Source: Yuukianura sp. NJ FZ-2021 (taxonomy: Eukaryota). Taken from it: a stretch of 64,000 bases of DNA. The notes beneath the pieces were generated by a model. The model saw nothing but the letters and a program-made list of their open reading frames with translations. It was not told the origin of the DNA and searched no databases. Positions within the stretch are counted from its first letter, which is position 1; each line of letters begins with the position of its first letter. The stretch spans positions 8,184,001-8,248,000 of the forward strand of contig CM102284.1 in assembly GCA_046563655.1 (NCBI GenBank), read 5' to 3'. Of this stretch, positions 60,081 to 64,000 are shown one piece after another. The translations under genes were made by a program, and so were the position numbers.

Positions 60081-61180
60081 ATGGCTCGAAGAATTACAGT
60101 GACAAACCGAAATAGAAAACTGCTGATGCTGATTTTCCTGTTCACTTTTGTTGGAGTTTGGAGTTTACTCCAAATCTTAAACCTCAAGCATAAGCAAAAT
60201 CGTACTATCCAAATTTTGTCTTTTCGAACAAAAAATCATGATTTTTTGACCTCACTTTTTCCCAGGCTGCGTCTCAAGTTGCACAAGAAACGAAACTTCG
60301 CCTGCCCAGAGCCACCCTCGTTGAAATGCTGTCGCAGCACATTCTACTGGAGCCACCGTGGGTCCAAGCTATGGACTGGGGCCTTGTTGAGGACAGTACT
60401 CTCAACATAGGGACCCTTAAGGGTACCTCATTTGACAATGAAACCGAGTTTTCCTGGAATACGTTTTTCCATGGCATGACGAGAGGGTTGTTTCTGGAAC
60501 TTGGTGGGATGAACGGCAGGGACTACAGTGTGAGTTTGCCTTATGAAATGCATGTCGGATGGAGATCGATTCTCATCGAAGGCAACAAGGACGAGGCTCA
60601 GCAAATTCCTCAAAACCGTCCATCGTCCTTAAGTCTCCAACTTGTCGTCTGTCAAGAGCCGTCCACCGTCCATTTCGTCCAAGCCAGGAAAGGAATTAGC
60701 GGGATTTTGGAATTCATGGCTCCCGATTTCGTGTGGAAGTTGCATCACGGGTTGCTCAAGAATTCGGTCAAGAAAAAACCGGGTAACGACGAACGTATTG
60801 CGGATCTTCTAGACTGGGAGAAAGTGAAACGTAGCAAAAACGTTTTTGAGCAGCAGTGTCTCCCTCTGCAATACGTTTTTGATCGATATGGAATTAGGCA
60901 TATCAACTTCATGGTGCTGGACCTTGAGGGGGGTGAGCTGGGGGCCCTTAAGTCCCTCGACTTCAACCGAATTCGGTTTGATGTCATGTGTGTTGAAACA
61001 AACAGAATGAAGAATCCGAGGGACCCTTACATCTCCAAGGTCATTGAGTACTTGACCTCCAAGGGATACATTCTGTTCCAAGCAGAGACAATCGGAAGAA
61101 ACTCGTGGTTTGTTCATCCAAGTTGGACCAGATTCAATTCAACATACTATAGACTTAGTTTGTTGAAAGAAAAAATTTGA
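60081..61180 (+). CDS. FkbM-family methyltransferase-fold protein, tandem copy 2 (exon 1-2 junction uncertain)
   Basis: Paralog of 58162-59457 with the same TM exon and catalytic exon (ORF 60326-61180). Confidence 0.75.
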
Positions 61181-61672
61181 AAAGAAAATTGAACTTTAGA
61201 TTTTTACTGGTAGAGAAAGTTAAAGTGAAAATTTGTAATTTATTTAGTGAATTTTCAGATCTTTTACTAAAAGTTTATGTAACTTTTACTTTTTTAGAAT
61301 TTTAGAAATTGAAGTCTTGAGTGCGTGATTGTCTAAATTTACAAAAAGATTTTTTGAAAAAGTTCATTTTTTAAGAAAAACTTTTCAAGAGCATTATTAC
61401 TTAAGTGGAAAGGTCAAAGGTCAACAGGGGGTCAACAGTAAAAGAGGAAGGAGAATCACAAGACAGTTTTTAAAAAACGATTGTCTTCAATGTTTTTTGA
61501 ATTTCGAGAACTGGTTTTCTTTTAAAAATTGGAAGTACGTAAGGGTGTGTTTGTGTCCTTGGGCGGTGCTTATAACTTGTTTTGGCACTTGTTTGTGGAT
61601 CTCTTTAGGCCTCAAAATCAGTTTTCAAAATTTCAATTTTGAAATTTTTTTTTCTTGGAAAAGTGTAAGTTT

Positions 61673-63992
61673 TTAGATGGCTGATTCTCTGTTTCTCTCT
61701 TCGTCTCCACTGGAGGCAGCACTTGATGCTCCGCAGATATGCATTTCGATTTCAGCCAGTCGATGTTCCACTTCCCACTGCTGTTGGTTCAGTTTTAAAC
61801 TCAAAGTGGCATTTTCAGATTCCAGCGTCACGAGTCGCTCTCGGAGTCTCCGAATTTCCTGAAGCAGAGCTTCTGATGGCAAGTCCAACCCGAGATGTCC
61901 ACTTCCAGCCGATCCGGACAGTCGTCGTACTAAAATTTCAAAAATAAAGTGTATTACAATTTGAAAAAGTCGAAAAAGTTTATAAAACAGCATGTATGTC
62001 ATGAAGGATTTGGAGGGAGTAACTATTTTCCTTCATATTTTTCAAAAATGTAGGCTGTGATCTCGAAATTTTTCAAAAAACAGAATTGGAGGGAGTAACT
62101 ACTGAGCTTGAATTCAAAGGAGGACTAGAGTGAGTAACTATTGCAATTTAAAAAAAAGTGGAGGGAGTAACTACTGAGCTTGAAATTTTTCCCAAAACAG
62201 AAACGGAGGGAGTAGTACTGAGTGAGCTTGAATTCAAAGAAGGAATGGAGGGAGTAACTTTTGAAATTTGAAACAAAGTGGAGGGAGTAACTGAGGTTGA
62301 AATTTTTCGAAAAACGGAAGTGGAGGGAGTAACTACTTGAACACATACGTGATGAGGAGTGAGGTTGACGATGGTGACTGAAGAAGACATGGTCAGCACT
62401 GATGGGTGACACGGACAGTGACTGGTCATGGTCAGGTACACCCAGAAAACCCGCATTTTGACCCAGTTGAAGCGGATTTGCGCTTTGTCCAGGCAGCCCA
62501 ACATTTCCCACTGGAGATCTTAGTACGGCTGTACTCTGGGAGGCTATCGTTGAGCAGCGTTTGTCGCTCGAGTCATGCGAAGTAACGCTGGCACCTAAAT
62601 TCAAAAAAAAAAAGTTGAAAATTCATTTTGAATTTTAAAAAGTTGAGAAAACTTTTTAGAATTTTACCGGACGTTGTGATTTTTGGCATTTGACCCAGTT
62701 TGTGTGACTTGTCTTCCTCGGATGACTGGAGACTAGAGTCGCATGGACTTCCTGGACGTCTGTTGTGGTGGGACTGCGGTGGTCCCACCTCGGTGGGGCT
62801 GACCCACATCTCCTCCAGAGGCACTTTTCCTTGAGATTCTAGAAGACCGGGAGTCGAATTACATCTTCCCAGTGCCGCTGCAAAAACGGAGTCACACTCA
62901 AAATCTAGCCTCTTTTTCCATTTTGAAAAACATTCACTCCAAAGCCACATCCTACTTTTTTCTTTTTCAAAAACTGAAAATTTTTCAAAATTTCACCTTT
63001 TTCGAGCGGTGCTTTTTTGTACTTTTCGAGCCGTTTGACTGCAATGGCTTCCAGTCTTACACGCGCTGCTGGATACTCTTTGAGAACATCCCACATGTCA
63101 GTTTTTGAAAGAACAAAAAGATCACTGTACCCCACTGATCGAACGCTCGCAGTACGTCGGTTTCCTAAAACAAAAAAAAAGTTTCGAAATTTCAATTTTG
63201 AAAATTCAGTTTTTGACCTTTGCCCCCCGGGGGATCACTCACCCGCTGTGCCCATATTAAGTATTGAGATCTCCCCGAAGTAGGATCCAGGCTTCAGTGT
63301 GGCCAAAACTGTCTTTCCATCGTCTGCAACAACTTGAAGTCTCCCTCTGTTCACAATGTACATCTCCTTTCCAACTTCCCCTAAAACAAAAACAAGAAAA
63401 AATTCAAATTTCGACATTTTTGATTTCGCTAGTTTGTAATTTCGCTCCTTTTTTTCGCTTGTATTAATTTTGCTAGTTTCTAATTTCTTTAGTTTTTTAT
63501 TTTTTTTAGTTTTTAATTTCGCTAGTTTCTAATTTCTTTAATTTCTTTAGTTTTTAATTTCGGTAGTTTTTAATTTCGCTAGTTTGAATTTCGCTAGTTT
63601 TGATTTTCGCTAACTTTTACCTTTTCGGCAAATGTAGTCGCCAGGAGAAAACAAAACTGGGCGGAGCCTGAGAACCAATTCACACAAAAATCCGGCTTCC
63701 GTGTTCTGGAAAATCTCGACACGACGCAGAGTGTCCAAATGGACGTTGATTGCAATCTCAGCTTTCAGTTTATCTAAAAACCCAAAAAACCGAAAAAGTT
63801 GAAAAAAAAACCGAAATTTTAGTTGAAGTTAGTCAAAATTTGGAAAGTTACCGGGTAAGCACCCCACAGCCTTGTCCTCATCTGAACATTTCTGGGTGAG
63901 CCAGAGGTAGTCGAACCACTTGATGACCTTGACCTGCAAGTAGTTCGGCACACGACGCATCCGCATATACGTCTTCACACCGTCCAATTTGG
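61673..63992 (-). CDS. Cyclic nucleotide-gated channel alpha subunit (3' part; continues beyond the window)
   Basis: C-linker [10 protein letters not shown]...[73 protein letters not shown]-terminal coiled coil [12 protein letters not shown]. Confidence 0.92.
62012..62335. repeat. Array of GGAGGGAGTAACT motifs filling the last CNG intron
   Basis: Seven clear copies and one degenerate copy in the same orientation, at about 33-76 bp spacing. Confidence 0.85.
63420..63612. repeat. Low-complexity TTTCGCTAGTTT repeat in a CNG intron
   Basis: Repeated AATTTC(GC/TT)TAGTTT units. Confidence 0.75.
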
Positions 63993-64000
63993 CTGTAAAA

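Overview
Eukaryotic, AT-rich, gene-dense animal DNA. The CNG channel and carboxylesterase look arthropod-like, and most introns are 50-100 nt, so the ORF track only shows exon fragments. Gene order: 3' part of a USP9X/fat-facets deubiquitinase (+); axonemal inner-arm dynein heavy chain, DNAH3-like (-); FAM122/PABIR PP2A-B55 inhibitor (+); a chordin-like (CHRDL1/2-type) secreted 3xVWC protein (+); POLD3 (-); LCMT1 (+); a secreted carboxylesterase (+); two tandem FkbM/Star-like methyltransferase-fold genes (+); 3' part of a CNG channel alpha subunit (-). Non-coding DNA holds many short TIR elements (MITEs), foldbacks and minisatellites. Main observation: a CAAGGTT...AACCTTG MITE family with 8-bp target-site duplications (free copies at 55959-56247 and 59590-59821) has an internally deleted copy that forms an entire 94-nt GC-AG intron of the dynein gene (19719-19812). 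The duplicated target supplies the donor G and the acceptor AG, which is introner-type intron gain. A second 94-nt GC-AG intron in LCMT1 has the same geometry. Also notable: a MITE whose 9-bp TSD duplicates a splice acceptor, a tRNA-like Pol III cassette inside a TG...CA solo-LTR-like unit, pervasive AGGTCA repeats that invade coding exons, and a TCCACGTG E-box cluster upstream of the esterase. Exon boundaries were inferred by eye, and family assignments come from remembered motifs, not database searches.
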